Assembly: GCA_030141605.1 (NCBI GenBank)
Contig: JAQGDQ010000047.1
Span: 248,001 to 312,000 of the forward strand
From: Tubiluchus corallicola
Lineage: Eukaryota; Animalia; Priapulida
Direction: 5' to 3'
DNA: 64,000 bases
Shown: piece after piece, positions 1 to 15,400 of the stretch
Layout: every line of letters starts with the position of its first letter
How positions within the stretch are numbered: the stretch's first letter is position 1
Notes under the pieces: generated by a model
What the model saw: the letters and a program-made list of their open reading frames with translations, nothing else
Database searches by the model: none
What the model was told of the DNA's origin: nothing
Made by a program: the position numbers and the translations under genes

Positions 1-275
1 AGGTTTCTATAACTACTTAATAGATACTTTGTTGATTATGATGTTGAACGAGTTGGGTGAATTAAGTGCCTTGTTTGTAACCTCGACGTCTTTTATAAGC
101 CGTGTTTGTATGTTTTTGATTATATTAAATGTATAGTATTAATCTGCTCTACCTAAATGCATTTTTAATACTGATAAGCATTTTATAATGTTCTTCTTTC
201 TTTGTTGGTAGTTTGAGAAAGATGTTAAAAATACCATTTGTTTAAATTTTCAATATTTCTTGTTGTACTTGGCAG

Positions 276-419
276 ATGCAACTTGTGATTTTGAAGCAAC
301 TGACATCTGTAGTTATGAACACGACAACACAGGTGACTTCAACTGGATCCGACACAAGGGTCACACCGACTCCTCGGGCACTGGTCCAACTACAGACCAC
401 ACTTATGGAACGACGTTTG
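276..419 (+). CDS. exon 1 in window (MAM1 N-part)
   Basis: cag|..|gtaagg; [13 protein letters not shown]...GPTTDHTYG. Confidence 0.9.
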
Positions 420-3400
420 GTAAGGGGTTAAATAGGAAACTGAATGAATATTAGATGTAGCAAACTTTTTTTGTAAAACATTCGTTATCGGGTGCAATGG
501 CTATAAATGGATTTAAACTATGTGATTGTTGTGTTAAATATGTTATGAAGTACAAGTTAGTTAGCTACAGGCATTTTTGCTTTTGGCATAACTAATAAGT
601 GCGCTAATCGTTATGAACTAAAACTTCTCTTAGATTACTTAGTCCAGTTGGTAAACTAAAATTTTCATAATTCACAAGTATCAAGGACATGGTTGAAAAT
701 TTAAATCTCACTGGACATATAATTTCTAGGACATTACATGTACATTGAGACATCTGATGCACTGCCAGGCACGAAAGCTCGACTTATTTCTCCTCCGCAT
801 CATCAAACTGACGGCCAGTGTTTGGTATTTTTCTACCACATGTATGGCATGCATGTCGATACTCTCAATATGTACATTAAGCTACAAGGTTTCAATCTTG
901 GACTACCTGCTTGGACTATGACTGGTAATCAAGGTGACGTGTGGTACAAAGCAATGGTAGATGTGAAGACTGCAGCTTCATGGCAGGTAAGACATTGTGA
1001 CATTATGCAATCTTACTTTGGGGTAGTTCAGATAGCTAATCCTGAGACAGGCAAATATCACCAGAGACTGTTTTCAATCTTGTTTTACTGGCATCTGTTT
1101 CTGAGCCATGCTTCACTCGATCAGGAAGAGAGACTGATTGCTTTCCTAGATCTACTTAATTGAATTCCTGGTCGTGTACTCGGGAAAGGAAGATCACCCG
1201 ATGAGCGAGCCACTGTCATGAGTAAATGTTGTAACCAATTATCCCTATGCCTGTTAGGCGTGGACTATTCTTCTTATTAAGATTCTGCTTACAGTAGAAT
1301 TGACATTAAAAGCTTCATTGAATTTGGAACTTGTCACTTTTTCACCAATGGTCCATAACTGAAAGTTGTAAAGCAGAATCTTCTTGTTTTACCCATGTTT
1401 ATTATTTGTTTATTTATTTGTGTCCCTTTGTTTTTTTAATAACTCGCACGCACTGGGCTAGGTTTATAAAACTCATAGGACATACTCCCCAGTTAAGGGG
1501 ATTTTTATCTTTGTGTAACCTCATGTCAAAGGTCACAGAGCAAGCAGGGCTCCTTATTTTTCTTTAGGCTAGATTTCCTCCTACAGTGTTTGAGCTACGG
1601 CCACAATTTTTTGTATTTGGTTAGGTGATGTAGAGTTGTTATGCATGGCTCAATATGAGAGCCATTTGCCTATGGGAAGACTTTTTGCTAGCAGGCAAAA
1701 ACCAAAATCGAGGGGGTCGTGGACATCAATGCTTCCAGTTTTGAGTAACAATGTCGTGTAGTATATCAAATGAAAGGCCTTCATGAGTCGAATCAAATGA
1801 TATAAGCTTCGCTGATTTTGGTTGACGCTGGACCTCAATATCACGGGTTAAAGATAAGAAAATCCAATTTCAGTCTAGAAATGTTAGTAAACATCGTGGA
1901 GAAAAAACTTTCGCCTGGCTTGTTATAGGGAGTTTTTAAGGAAGTTTTATAGCTTTTTAGAAAGAGAAAGGTCTGGGCTACAAGATAATGAGTTTTTCCT
2001 GAAAGCGCCTAAGGCTTGAACATTGGTCGACTACTTCCATGCAAAATAGCTGAAATGTAACACCTCATACTGGGGTGACGGGTCATGTATGAATACAAAT
2101 CTCCCTACCTGGGGAGTGTGTCCTATGAGTTTCGTTAACCTAGCCCTGTTAATAATAATATTATCTGTATGAGAACCAGATGTATAGCAAAGACTTTGTA
2201 AGAACATCATATTTGCATACATGTTAACTATTTTGAAAAGCATCTCTCACGCAAAGCGTCTCTTGTCACAGAGCCAGAATCTTATCACATTTTTGACACA
2301 GTCAAAAACGTCCACTAGTTATTATTAATATTTATTTGGGAATCTGCAATAATTGTTACCGTTTTTTTAATCAAGGAATGTCTGAGACAAGCAGCAACGA
2401 TTTTTCATTTAAATATAAATTTGTAAAGCTGTTTGAGGTTATTTGTGTATGCACTTTTTTCTGTGGAATATTTGCTTATTTTAATTCCTGATGTTGATTG
2501 ATGTTATGTTATACTTTGCAGGTAATATTTGAAGGTGTTGTTGGCACGAGTTACCAAGGCGACATTGCGATTGATGATGTCATTTTATTCGACGGAGACT
2601 GCCCTCCACCGGGATTCTGTGATTTCGAACTGGATCTTTGCGGATTTTCAAATGTAGCTGGCACACAATTAGATTGGATTAGAAATAACGGACCTACTCA
2701 GTCAGGCGCAAGCAGTGGGCCGACTGCTGATCATACGTTGGGGGTCGGAAGTAATGGTAAATGTTGTTGTAGTTTTCGTGCTGTGGTCAAGCTTTGGTCA
2801 AGGTTCAAACTTAATAAAGAATATTGACCAAGTATCTTGCTTGAAGCAATTTAATGATCCTCTTTTGATATTTTTCACCAGATTTGGTTTTCTAAACTGT
2901 GATAGGGTTATACACATTTTTTTTGCTGCTGACACTTACTGAATAACGAATATATGTGTTTAGCTGGCATTCCTCTATTCGTAGTATAAGTATGTGCTGC
3001 ATCACATATTGCCTCTGCGCTGTTATTTACTGCTGCGCACTAATTATCATATTTGCAGTTTTCTAAAGGTATTAGTGTGATTCATTAGCAAAAAGTAGCC
3101 TAATAACGTGTTTGTTACAACATTTTTTGTAGTCAACAATGTTATATTATTTTCGATACTAGTTTATCGTATTTTTAAAAAAAAATTAGCTGGTTTTATA
3201 TTCACATATCATGCAACATTGTATAATTTTATGTTTTCTAGGTAACTACCTTCTAGCTAACTCGTATTATCCAGCTCAGCAAGGTTGGACTGCTGAATTA
3301 ATGTCAGGAGAATTCCCTGGTGGGAAACATCAGTGTCTTGTTTTCTGGTATTACATGTACAACAATAATAATCCCATGGGAGATTTAAATGTCTACCTGC

Positions 3401-6400
3401 AGGAAGCTGCTACAGGTAAACGTCAGAAGGTCTGGGGACGAGGTCACAATCAGGGTGCTGCATGGATAATGGGGTGAGAATTTATTGCTATTAATTGTTA
3501 TTAATGTATAATACTTTTTCGTTCATTTGCTAATCCATGTAATGGTTGTGTCTGAGAATACAAATTTGTTTTGTTAGTGGTGAATGAAACGTGTTAAAAG
3601 AGAAGTATACATATTACACTAAGTAGGCCTTCTTTGAGCTAGGCATTTTTAAAGACTATGTAAAATAACTTGAAAAGTGTATTAAATAAAATGATTTGAA
3701 GAAAAAAATGAAAATAAAATAAAATAAAATAAAGATTCCGGAGAAATTATAATCAAGGTAATACACATAAGGATAAAATTATAATATTTTATCCTTACAT
3801 GCTTTTAAGTATCTAGCTTCCAGCTTATCTGAATTCATAAAGTATTATAAGTAAATATCTACAGTCAATCTTTTTATACTGATATTACAATATATTGTAC
3901 TTTATCAGTAGTAACCTTATGGTTATCAGATAAATATAGATATTTATATATATATATATATATATGTCCTCTCTCAATAGAGTAAGGTATATATGTCCTC
4001 TCTCTCTTATAGTCACAAGCAGCGAGCAAGTGAAACTGCCAAGAGACAGTTTTTTAGGCAGTCACTCGTCCATTTACTGGCCAGATTCAGTTTTGCTTAA
4101 CTTTCATCGCTAAGTACAAACAGTCAGCTGTTTTTTTGGTTTGTAGCAGATAACTAGAACACATTTCACATGTTCTACATATGATTATAATCTGATTATA
4201 ATGTTTTATATTTTTTGCTCTGCAGCTTGGTAGACGTTTTCATGCAGGAAGACCATGTCATCATCTTTGAAGCAGTCATTGCTTCGACATATTATTCCGA
4301 TATTGCTCTAGATGACATTGGTTTAGTAGATGGATACTGCAATATTACCATCACACCTCCCACACCATTCATTTGTGGAGATGGAACAGTACTTGCTCCC
4401 GAAATGCATTGTGACTTCTACAAAGACTGCCAGGATGGTTCTGACGAAGTTAATTGCGGTAGGTTTTATTAAACATTAAGTGCTTAGAGTCTTAAATAGA
4501 TTAATCATCTTAACTGCATAGTACTTCTGATGTGCTTAAAATACTATAATCAAAATCTGCAAACCTCAGTATGGTATAAAAGAGCATTGCAGAAACACTC
4601 AAATAATTTGCCAGGTAGGCAGCGAGAAACTAACTTGTTACATTTTTATATATAATGGCAATAACAAAGTTTCTTCAAAATTTCGTACAAATTTAGCAAA
4701 CATTGTGTGAAAACTGTAAATTAGGGATATTGATACAACGATATAACGATACAATAATGATAATATATTTTTTAGTCAATACGATACAATACGATAAATT
4801 ATTTCGAACGATAAAGATGATACTGAAGTTAGACAATTTATGTAACAACAAAACAGTTATAATTATTAAGTATTTCAGTGTGTTCAATGCTGTATACTTT
4901 GATGGCTGCTAGTTTTGAAACACGAGTTTGTTTGTCACAATGATTTATAAATAAGTAAGGTGCAACAGATAAACAGGTTACTACGGTGAAAATCTTTATC
5001 TATGCGAGCTGCACATGACTGGGAAAGTGACAGTAAAAATGCAATATAGTGTATTTGGCATCCGTGCGCCAGTATCAAAGTTTATAAAGGGGTCGCTATA
5101 CTGTGTCAGTACGATTCAGAATGAAGATATCTACTATGCTATATGGCCACTGGCCAGGCGAAAAACAAAATAGTGATTCAGCATCTGATAAGCTTAGAAT
5201 TTTAAATAAATCTTTCATCCACTTTCTTGCACAATTACTGTAAATAAATAGAAAAGCAGAGAAGCAATTTTATAAAGGTAAGTGATCAGCAATGATACGT
5301 GCCACATTCGATACCATGACGATATTTCTGGATTATTATGGATAATGATAAAAACTAATTTTAGTACAATACTCCATAATTATACGACGTATCATATTTG
5401 ATAACGTGCAAAATTTCCCAAAATTATAGAAATTCTCTGTTATTTTTAGACAGCAGCATGAAATTAAGACTTTATTTGTATAAGTGCTATGACATACTTG
5501 CTACTTCCATGCAAAAAATGCAAATGATATATAGAGTGTTATGCACAAATGATTAAATCACTTTGGCTGAAAGTTTTCTGTAAACTTCAAAATCCGCAGC
5601 CATCTGATAAAAAGCTATTAACTATCGTGAAAATATTCTCGTAGTTTGGCCTACATTTTATTATAACTGTTGAGGAGTAACTTGTGAATGAATTTAGCAC
5701 TTTTAAGCATTAAACTATTTATTTTTTAGGCGAGTGCGATTTTGAAAATGGAATTTGTCAGTATACAGAGGATAGCTATGGATCATTCAAGTGGAGTAGA
5801 GGGCAGAATGGCACAATTACAAGTAATACGGGACCCAGTACTGATCACACAACTGGTACAGCGAGCGGCTGGTGGGTAATTTTGTCAGAATATGTTTGTT
5901 ATTGTTGGTGTACAAAATTCCACTTTACTGTAGTGTCGAGGTGTCAGTATGTTTCTTATACAAAGTTTTGAGTAATTTCACAAGTCTATAGCATCAAGTC
6001 TCAAGTCATGTCTTGAATCTTGGCCAAGTCAAGTCATAAGCCTTTTTGTTCAAGTTTCAAGTCAAGTCCAAAGTCAAATGTCACCATAAGAACTCAAAAT
6101 AAGCTTATATGCCTAACTACCCTCACCATATTTAGAAAAGGTAGAAGAGGACAAATTAAGTACTAGGTCAAATTCAAATTTTCATATTCACAGCTGAAGT
6201 TTTTATCTAATTGTTTAAACTGCAAACAAGTGACAATTTTAAAGTGACCAAAATGGTCACATTCAAAGCATATGTAACCCCTCCCCCACCACTGCTAAAC
6301 AGTAAAAGCTATCGAGTGGCTTGAACCAAATTATTTCTTCGAGTTTCAAATAAATTCCAAGTCTTCCAGTTTTGCGACTCAAAGTCCAAGTCTTGAGCCC

Positions 6401-9400
6401 CAAGTCATCAACCCTGGCATAGCGTAATACAGTGCCATGAATTGTAATGTTGCATAGTGCACTGTAACGTACCTGCCAGTGTTACATTACATAGTATAGG
6501 TAGCATAACATAAAGTGTAAAAAATGTGTAATCTAAAATAGTGCTATGCAGTAATACAATTGTATCATAGTACAGCTCAGTGTAGTATAGTGTAGTGTAG
6601 TGTAGTGTAGTGTAGTGTAGTGTAGTGTAGTGTAGTGTAGTGTAGTGTAGTGTAGTGTAGTGTAGTGTAGTGTAGTGTAGTGTAGTGTGTTGTATTGCAT
6701 TGTATTGTATTGTATTGTATTTGCGTCTCTTCACTACAATAATTTAATCAAAAAGGCATGATACTATAGTGTGCTTTATATACATTTGCTTCAAAAACAA
6801 TCTACCATCTTTTACCATATTCCAGTTTTTAATTTCTAGGTATATGTACGTGGATGCTGATAACGGCTCTAGCTATGATCTTGCCACTTTGCACACTCCC
6901 TCATTGCACAATGCTGCTGGAACTTGCCAAGCTGTATTTTTCTATCACATGTATGGAAGCTCAATTGGGTCACTAAGCGTCATGCTAAATACCGGTTACG
7001 CTGAAACTCTACTCTGGGAACAGATTGGCAACCAAGGTAATACTTGGAAGGAGGGTATCGCATATGTTGGGAGAGTGCCATCAGAGTTCAGAATATCATT
7101 TAAAGGAAAGAGGGGCTACTCTGTACTCGGTGACATTGCAATTGACGACGTGCATTTTAAAAATTGTGATGTTGCTCGACCGCAACCGTCTTGCAGTACC
7201 GGATATTTTAGATGTACCAGTGGGGCATGTGTATTGCAAACTCGGGTATGTGACTTTACAGATGATTGTGGTGATGGCTCTGACGAAAATGCAATGCTCT
7301 GCGCTGGTTATGAAAGATGTGATTTTGAACTTGGTGGCATATGCAATTGGACACATGATGTGGCTGATTTCCGCTGGTTGGTGCGATCTGGTAGTACGCC
7401 ATCTATAAACACGGGTCCATTTAGAGACCACACTACTGGCTTAGCTTCAGGTTTCTATGCTTATATTGAAACATCATATCCACAAATACAGGGAGATGTA
7501 GCACAGATCAGCAGTCCTGGATTTCAACCAACGGTTTCGTCTCCCGATATATGCTATATAAGGTTTGTTGTCAGCCTATTTCAGAATTTTGTTTTTATTG
7601 CCTATTACTTATTTTTAAATTTATGATCATAAAACGTGATGAAGTGTACATTTATCAAATTTAAAGTTGTTTGATTATTAATTCAGCTACTGCTGTAATG
7701 CCTTACTTTATTGTGGGTGATTCCAGTTTACTTACTCAACTTTACTCTACTTCATTTTTATTTTCAGATTTTACTACATGATGCATGGACGTGATATAGC
7801 AGATCTCATTGTTTACATCAGACGAGCTTCAGGCAACATGGCACAGCTTATGAAGATAAGTGGACCGCGTGGGATGTATTGGGAGAGAGCACAACTTGCT
7901 CTAAAAAGTGATGAAGCATTTCAAGTATGCCGAGACATTTTTACAACTGCATAAAGTTAGGTCATAAAACTTTAAGATATCGTTGTGGAGTTATTTCATC
8001 ACACTTGCTGCATGTTATCTGTCAACTTTTACTATTCAGTATTGAGTAACATTATTTTAGTGCTTATTTAAATTTTGCTTACTTTGCGTGCCTTAGTTTT
8101 GCATGAAACCAAACTGATGTTAAGTTCCTCCAGAGCTTGGCAATAAATGTAATTGCTTCGTTGCACTGAATATATATTAGCTATGAAAGCAATAGGAAGA
8201 CAACATACGCCTAAATATACTTTTTATCTTTTTCCTCATGTATTTATAAGTTCCTCTTTTGCAGTTTGTTAATGAATTGTATGGTATTTCTGTTCAAGGT
8301 AGTAATTGCTGGTACTGTTGGCCCCAGTTTCTATGGTGACATTGCCATAGATGACATCAGCTTCACCACCAGCTGCTTACAGCTGGATACACCTTTCACC
8401 ACAATTGGAACACCTGCACCGACAGCAACGACACCAGGTTCGTGCGGTGGTGGTCAATTTGCATGCAATGATGGCACCTGTATACCACAGGAACAGGTAT
8501 GTGATTGGAAGTCCCAGTGCAGTAGTGGAGAGGACGAAGCCACATGTGGACCATGTGATTTTGAAACAGGTATTTTTGTAAGATCACTTGCAAAAGTTTT
8601 TGTCTGCTTTGTCTCAAATATTAATTGGTCCATTGTAAGCATATAGATCATTGTAGCCGAGACCATTCACAGTTGAGTCTTAACCCTTTGGTCATTATAG
8701 CAATTGCAAATAGTATGCTTACTTTAGTCCTTGTTTAACTATCATGCAATGTATATAAAAATCAAAAAGAATAAGAGACACGAATGCAATTTGTGACTTT
8801 TGATTTCATATTACCTGCTAATTTCTCCTATTCTTCTCTCTCTGTGAGAGTAAATAGCATATTCAGTTTGCTATGGTAATCTGAACACTAAGGCCTTGTC
8901 CACATCCAGTCATGATTCATTGTGGTAAGTAAATTTATTGATAGATGAAAAAATACCTTTTGGACCTAGGAACAAAATGTGCTTTAAATTTGGTTTTTAA
9001 AGGAGAAAAGAATGGCATCTTAGTTCTAGTTTGACCATAGTGTTATTCCAAGAAACATTTTGTTTTCTTAGGGTCATGTAGCTGGTCTGATATAAGCACA
9101 GGCAGATACAAGTGGGACAGAAATCAAGGTTCAACTCCCGGTCAGAACACTGGACCGTCAACAGACCATACAACAGGTTATCATTCTTTATAAGTAACTG
9201 TTGCGTGTTATATGGAATTCTAGCTGAGAAAATTCATACATCATTGGATTTCTTTGTGGTAATGTAATATGGGTAATCGTCAACTTACAACCTATGCGAC
9301 ATACGACTGTTCGTCTTTATGACCCGACCGCAACTTAATAAATTATACAAAACCAAGTATATCTTATGTTTCCTTCTATTCTTTTAAACAATTTAACTTC

Positions 9401-12400
9401 GAATCACTGTCTTTTTCGATAAATTCATCGTAGGTGTCACCATACTTAGTGCGTGTACACACACATCATCTTGCCTGTAGAGGCGAACCACTTGAATATA
9501 TATTGAATGTACGGGCGTGACTTGCATCCATTTTGTCTTATGATAAATCGATCAGAACCGATTCTTGTCATAAATCAACGACCACCTGTAGTGATGTTTG
9601 TAGCACATGAAATTTTAAGTGAGAAACTTATTATGTGTTCTGTGTTTAAATAATCGTAATCTTTGTGTATTATAAATTGTAATTGATATGTATATCTGTC
9701 TGTGAGACAACAACACTAGTTTGTTTTTTCAAAATAGTCTTCAAACTTGTCACTTTGTCATTGTTTTAGGCACTGCAAAAGGATGGTATGTGTTTGTTGA
9801 TGGTGGCAATGGTGAGTTCTTTAGTGCTGCCATATGGCGAAGTCCATCTCTGTCGACCACATCTCACAAGTGCATAATGAATTTTTGGTACCACATGTAT
9901 GGAAAATACACAGGTTTGCACAGTAGATAATAGTAGATTGTATTGCATTTTTATTTAAAATAATTAGAAAGTGAAATCATTCCACGTGAATTTAAGGTAA
10001 GCATTTTTATAGTAAACAGATGCAAAACAGATTGAAATCAATTGCGATTAGTTAATTATAAGTACCCAGAATTTAGTCCAGGATAAGCAAATAATTCATT
10101 TTGAATCATCTTCAACCCAAAATGTCATCTAACATTAATTTCAAAATATTATCTACATTTTTAGGCAAACTTAGCTTGAAGATGGACAAGGATGGTAGTG
10201 GACAAAATAATGTGGAAATATGGTCCGACTATGGAGATAAAGGTGACACATGGAACATTGGACAGGTGTTGATAGGCATGAATGATAAAGGTTGGCGCTT
10301 ACAATTTGAAACAACGGTAAGTAGAGCGTAAAGTTGAAAAAAGTGAAATTGTCAATAATAAAATACTTGCAGTTAGAATAAAGTTATAATATTCTAAAGA
10401 TAGCATAAGGATACAGTTTGAAGGGTCTGATGTCATTGCATAGCAGTTTATAACTTTGCTGTAATGGCTATTATGAATTTTGCAGAATAGAAAAAGTTGC
10501 AAAGTACTTTGAATGACAGGTCACTTATCTAACCTTACTTTGTGCCGGAGCTTACAAACCTGTGCTCATCTGAAAACTTGTATGCGAAGACAGCATTACG
10601 AATATCTTTTCAGCAAAGAACACCTAACATATACAAATGAAATACCAAATCTTGCAAAATGTTAGCTGTACCATATGCCTGAACACGACAATTAACAGCC
10701 AAATCGAATGTCACAAATTGCCATCCTTAAATTCTGGTTCACTTCGGCTTAACTACCGATTACTGAAGTCCATGACTAAGACTAGAGTCAGTAAATATTG
10801 CTGATTGTGCATATGAATTTTTCCATTAATCCTGCAAAATGACAAGCTTTTCAGTCCCAGGAAGGCAAATAAATCTATTAACCATTATTTAAAAATACAA
10901 AATTTCAGATGAATTTCTGCTTTGCCAAGATTTGACTTTGACTCTTACAAATATATTGCTGAAAATACGTGTTGCAGCTTGAAACTAATTTAACATTTCA
11001 GAGTTCTCATGCTTTTGCAGATTCCTCGCAACCATTCCACGGCTCTTGCAGGAGATATAGCTATTGACGACATAGAATTTGTCGATTGTAATGCAGAAGA
11101 CAGTATGAACATGGATTGTAACTTTGAGGTAGCCTCTAAATCTTCATTTGGCCATTAAATTACAGCATTTGTATTAGCTTTTTCTTTCTATGTTTCAATT
11201 CTTATCATTTCTTATATTTCATTTTAGCTTAACAAATGTGCCTGGATAGACGACAGTAGCGATGACTTTGACTGGACTCGACAGAAAGGCACAACAGGCA
11301 GCTTAGATACAGGCCCAAGTGGAGATCACACAACAGGTTCTGGTAAGTAGCTGAAGAAATTGTGACAGCAAATATGTTTTACATTTTTAGATTCTGCAAT
11401 AATCCAATTGTTAAAAGATATAATTCTGTATAATCATTTTGTCTTTATAATGCATAACAGGCATACATACTACATAATAATTATTGTATATATTATTTAT
11501 TCATGTTGCTTATTTTTGTAAATAATTAAGACAACAAGTTTATATAAAATCCAGAGCATACAACCATATCAAAATTATGTCATGTGAATAAAATCTGCCT
11601 GGTCAAAGCAAGACATACATATGAAGGTGTACATTTAAAACAGTTACAATCTATAAAACATACCTTTGAAACACTTGCAAGCTGAAATAATACATACATT
11701 TAAAACAATTATAAACTTTACACTGATGAAAACAAACTGAATTAGAATCAGCTAAAAATTAAATGGAGAAATAATCTGAAAATTTTTTAAATAAAGGATA
11801 AAAGGGATTATTTTAAAGATAGGTAAAACACAGTAAGAATTTGAAATAAAAGCTTTTTGATTAAACTTGGATTGAGACATTCTGCACCTGATATGCTGTT
11901 GAATGTAGAATATGTGACTAGTGCTGTATTCTTTCTTATTTTCCTGGCAGTTAGGTTGAATATCTTTTCTGTACATGGATTTGGTGATAGTGGTTTAGTC
12001 AAATAAAGCTGAATAGTAAGATTTGTTGGTTCATACGTGTTTAAAACTTCAGGCTATTACATCTACACGGAGGCCTCAGGACGCTCCCCTGGTGATATAG
12101 CTTGGTTAGACAGTCCGCGTCAGGAAGCCACAGGAGATGAAGGACTGTGTTTTACCTGGTGGTATCACATGTATGGAACTGACGTCGGAGCTTTAAATGT
12201 CTATCTGTACACTGACACTACACGTACTTTAATTTGGCATAGGTGCTTATAGTTAACCACATTAACTAAGTAATAGCTGATAATTTTATCTGTATAGCGA
12301 ACTTTATCGATCAATATTTTGTCCATCTTTCAAAATATTTTTGGTCGTGATTTGTCACTCCGTGGAATCTTTTAACTTAAAATTGTTAAATGAAGTTTTT

Positions 12401-15400
12401 TATTTTGGATTTTTTTTTGAAAAAAAAGAAATTATTTTTTGAATTTCTGTGAGATTGAATTATTTGTAACAAAAGTTAAATTTAAGATTACTAATATATT
12501 AAATGAAAGGCAGAATTATTCTTAATCTAAAAATGTGTTTTTTAGGAATTCTTCGCAGGGTGACGAGTGGCTCATAGCTGAACGATTGCTTAAATCATCA
12601 GAACCCTATGTAATGGTTATTGAAGGTGTCATCGGGAAGAGTTTCAGAGGTTTATACAGTTTTTGTATCTGATCTGTCAGAAGTATATATCGTTTTGATG
12701 AATTGTTGATGTGCATGATGTCGTAGTCACCCTTTTAATTCAGTATCTTCTTTAAGTTTTGATGACTATTTTATACTCAGTTCTGAACATAAAAAAGTGG
12801 GTTATTATTATTACTCGAAGATAATCGAATAAACTGGCTGGTTAAATTTGACCGAATGAAAAAATTTAGAGAAAGCACAGATTGAAGCTGAATTTGACCT
12901 TGAATTGGATATCTAATTAGGGGCCAATAAGTCAATTCTGCTCTCAAATTCGAACTTTTCACATTTCTTCTCTTTAAATGGCATGATGCTTAGTTCTTGG
13001 TTTTAAAAATTTAATAGCTGTGGTTTCATTCTCTTATTAATTAATAATCATGAAATTAAAAATTATAAATAATTACTAATTACCGTATTTTCCCGTGTAT
13101 AAGAGACCCTTGTGTATAAGAGACCCCTTCAATTTTTAGGCAAAAATTCTGGAAAAAAGTTTTTTCAGACGGACATTTTTAGAGGGTAGAGTACAACTTT
13201 TTTCAACTCAGTGCGGTACTGAAAACAAAATAAAACCAGTTAATGTGTTGTAGAAAAAGAGTACTGGTATATATTAAAGTGCGTACCTGCAAACCTGTAA
13301 CAGGAAAAGAGAAAACGAGGAGATAATGCCTGTGTCACGATGCTTGTATTGCTTACAACCGCTTCATAGTCGAACGCGACATGCAAAACAGTTGTAGAGC
13401 ACTTATTTCTTTAAAATCATTAGTGTCACAATTTATGCATCTTATTGAAAAGACTTACTCCCATGTATAAGAGACCCCCTATTTTTAAAGTGAAAATTCT
13501 GAGCAAAAAAGGGTCTCTTATACACGGGAAAATACGGTACTAGGAGCTAGGCATCAAATTAAGAAAAAATCATTTAATTTGCTTAGTAATTACTCTTATT
13601 TGAGTAAACTAAACTTGATTAACAAGCTTTTAACTTGGAAGTTGCCATTGTTTCAAGAGATTGCTTACTGATCTGTAAAATTTTCAAAGGTTCCTAATTT
13701 AGCTCAAGCTTTCTCTTAACTTATATTTTTACATGGTCTTGATATTTGAATTGTAATCTAAAGGTTCTTTTTTCCTAAATTAAGAGAGGGCTAACTTTCT
13801 TACATATTGTTCGTTAAGTTTGGCTTTGAAATTTTAATAATGTTGGGTTCATTTCCCTGAGTACCTATTTCAGTATCAGCCGATTTCTTTATGGACAAAT
13901 TTTTAAAAAGCCGGTGTCTGTACAACATGCACCAATTGACTAGCATTGTGTTTTCTTGAATATGCTGACAGACTTTCATAAATGTTTATCGTTAGGTAGC
14001 ATATTTGGCTTTTCATTCATGTCTTGAGCTGTTGCCTCAGAAATTGATTTATTTAGTATTTTACAAGATGCAGTCCACTCCAACATAAGTACATTAAATT
14101 CGATTTGTTTCTTAAATTGTGAAAAAAATTTTCTAGGTGATATTGCAGTTGATGACATCATAACCTACCCTGGCAGGTGTCAAATGTCATTCTGTGATTT
14201 CGAAAATGATTTTTGCTCTTTTGAGTCCCATGCTGGTAGTTATAACAACACCTTCACTTGGTCTCGACTCTCTGGCAATACTCCAAATCCAAATACAGGT
14301 CTGTTTTAGTGTCATTTTCTACACATTACTGTGCACTACCGTCTGTATACGTCTTTTGTATTATAAGTGACAATGGGTATATTGGTGTACAAATTGGTTT
14401 TACACTCTGCAAAGTCAGCAACTCAGTATAGCAAGCTTGACCCTAATATTATAATGATTAGAATTTAAGTAAGATTGTGAGCTTTTTGTGTAGGTCCATT
14501 CTTTGATCACTCTACACAAACAACTTCTGGATTTTATGCATACATTGATTCTTCCAACAAAGTGAGTGGTGATCGAGCTGGTTTACTTAGCCCACCTTAC
14601 ACAGTTAATAGAGAAAGGTAAGCAGTACATTGTACAACTTGCATGAAAAACCTTATAAAATTGCATTACATATTGGGACATTTTATCACATTTCGTCATT
14701 ACAGTTGACAAGGTTTTTTTCTTTGAAAATTTCCGTTTTTATTATGAACGTAAATTTAAATTTTTCAATAATAAATTAATGTCAAGACTTGACTTGAAAT
14801 CCCATTTAGAAATTTACGAGTGAACCAATGTTTCTAGATGTCTTTCATTCTGGTATCACATGTATGGTGCTGGTATTGGAGCCTTGTATATTTATCAGTT
14901 CAATGAGGAAGACACATTGCAGAGACCAGGTTTCATGCGAACTGGTAATATGGGAAATGTTTGGTGGAGAGGCAGCATGACATTAGCTAACATTGGAAAA
15001 CCGTACAATGTCTTATTCGAAGGTAAAAATTTCCAGCATCATGTTGTTTCCAAAGCCTTTGAAACTAAGTGTCATTATTGTAAATTAAAATTCTGCAGAG
15101 CAACTCGCAATCAATTAAATAAATGCAATATTAACATTTTTTGTTTTATGTTAAAAAAAGTTTTCATTAGCGAACCATTTAATTTTAACATCTGTAACAA
15201 TATAACATCTGTAGTGGAGGAAATAGTATCAAAAATATGTTAAACACCACTTGCTAGACAGGTGGTCTTAAATTGAGTAGTATTAAGTTGAATAGTGTCT
15301 TACAATTCTGACTAGTAAAATTAAAATTTACCAAATGTTTTACGTTTTTAAACTGCTATTAAAGACTCGTCTTCACAATCTGAGTTAAACTGTCACTTTA

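Noticed and set aside
1331-2243. Two opposite-strand ORFs sharing the peptide KLIGHTPQ
   Set aside because: Both simply cross the terminal inverted repeats of the 1453-2148 element.
6408-6734. 108 aa minus-strand ORF with (HYTTL)n repeats
   Set aside because: Translation of the (TGTAG)n microsatellite; not a gene.
7025-8666. Overlapping alternative-frame and antisense ORFs on exons 7 and 9 (similar cases at 24698, 27989, 38855, 41741, 46284)
   Set aside because: Shadow ORFs of real exons with no motifs.
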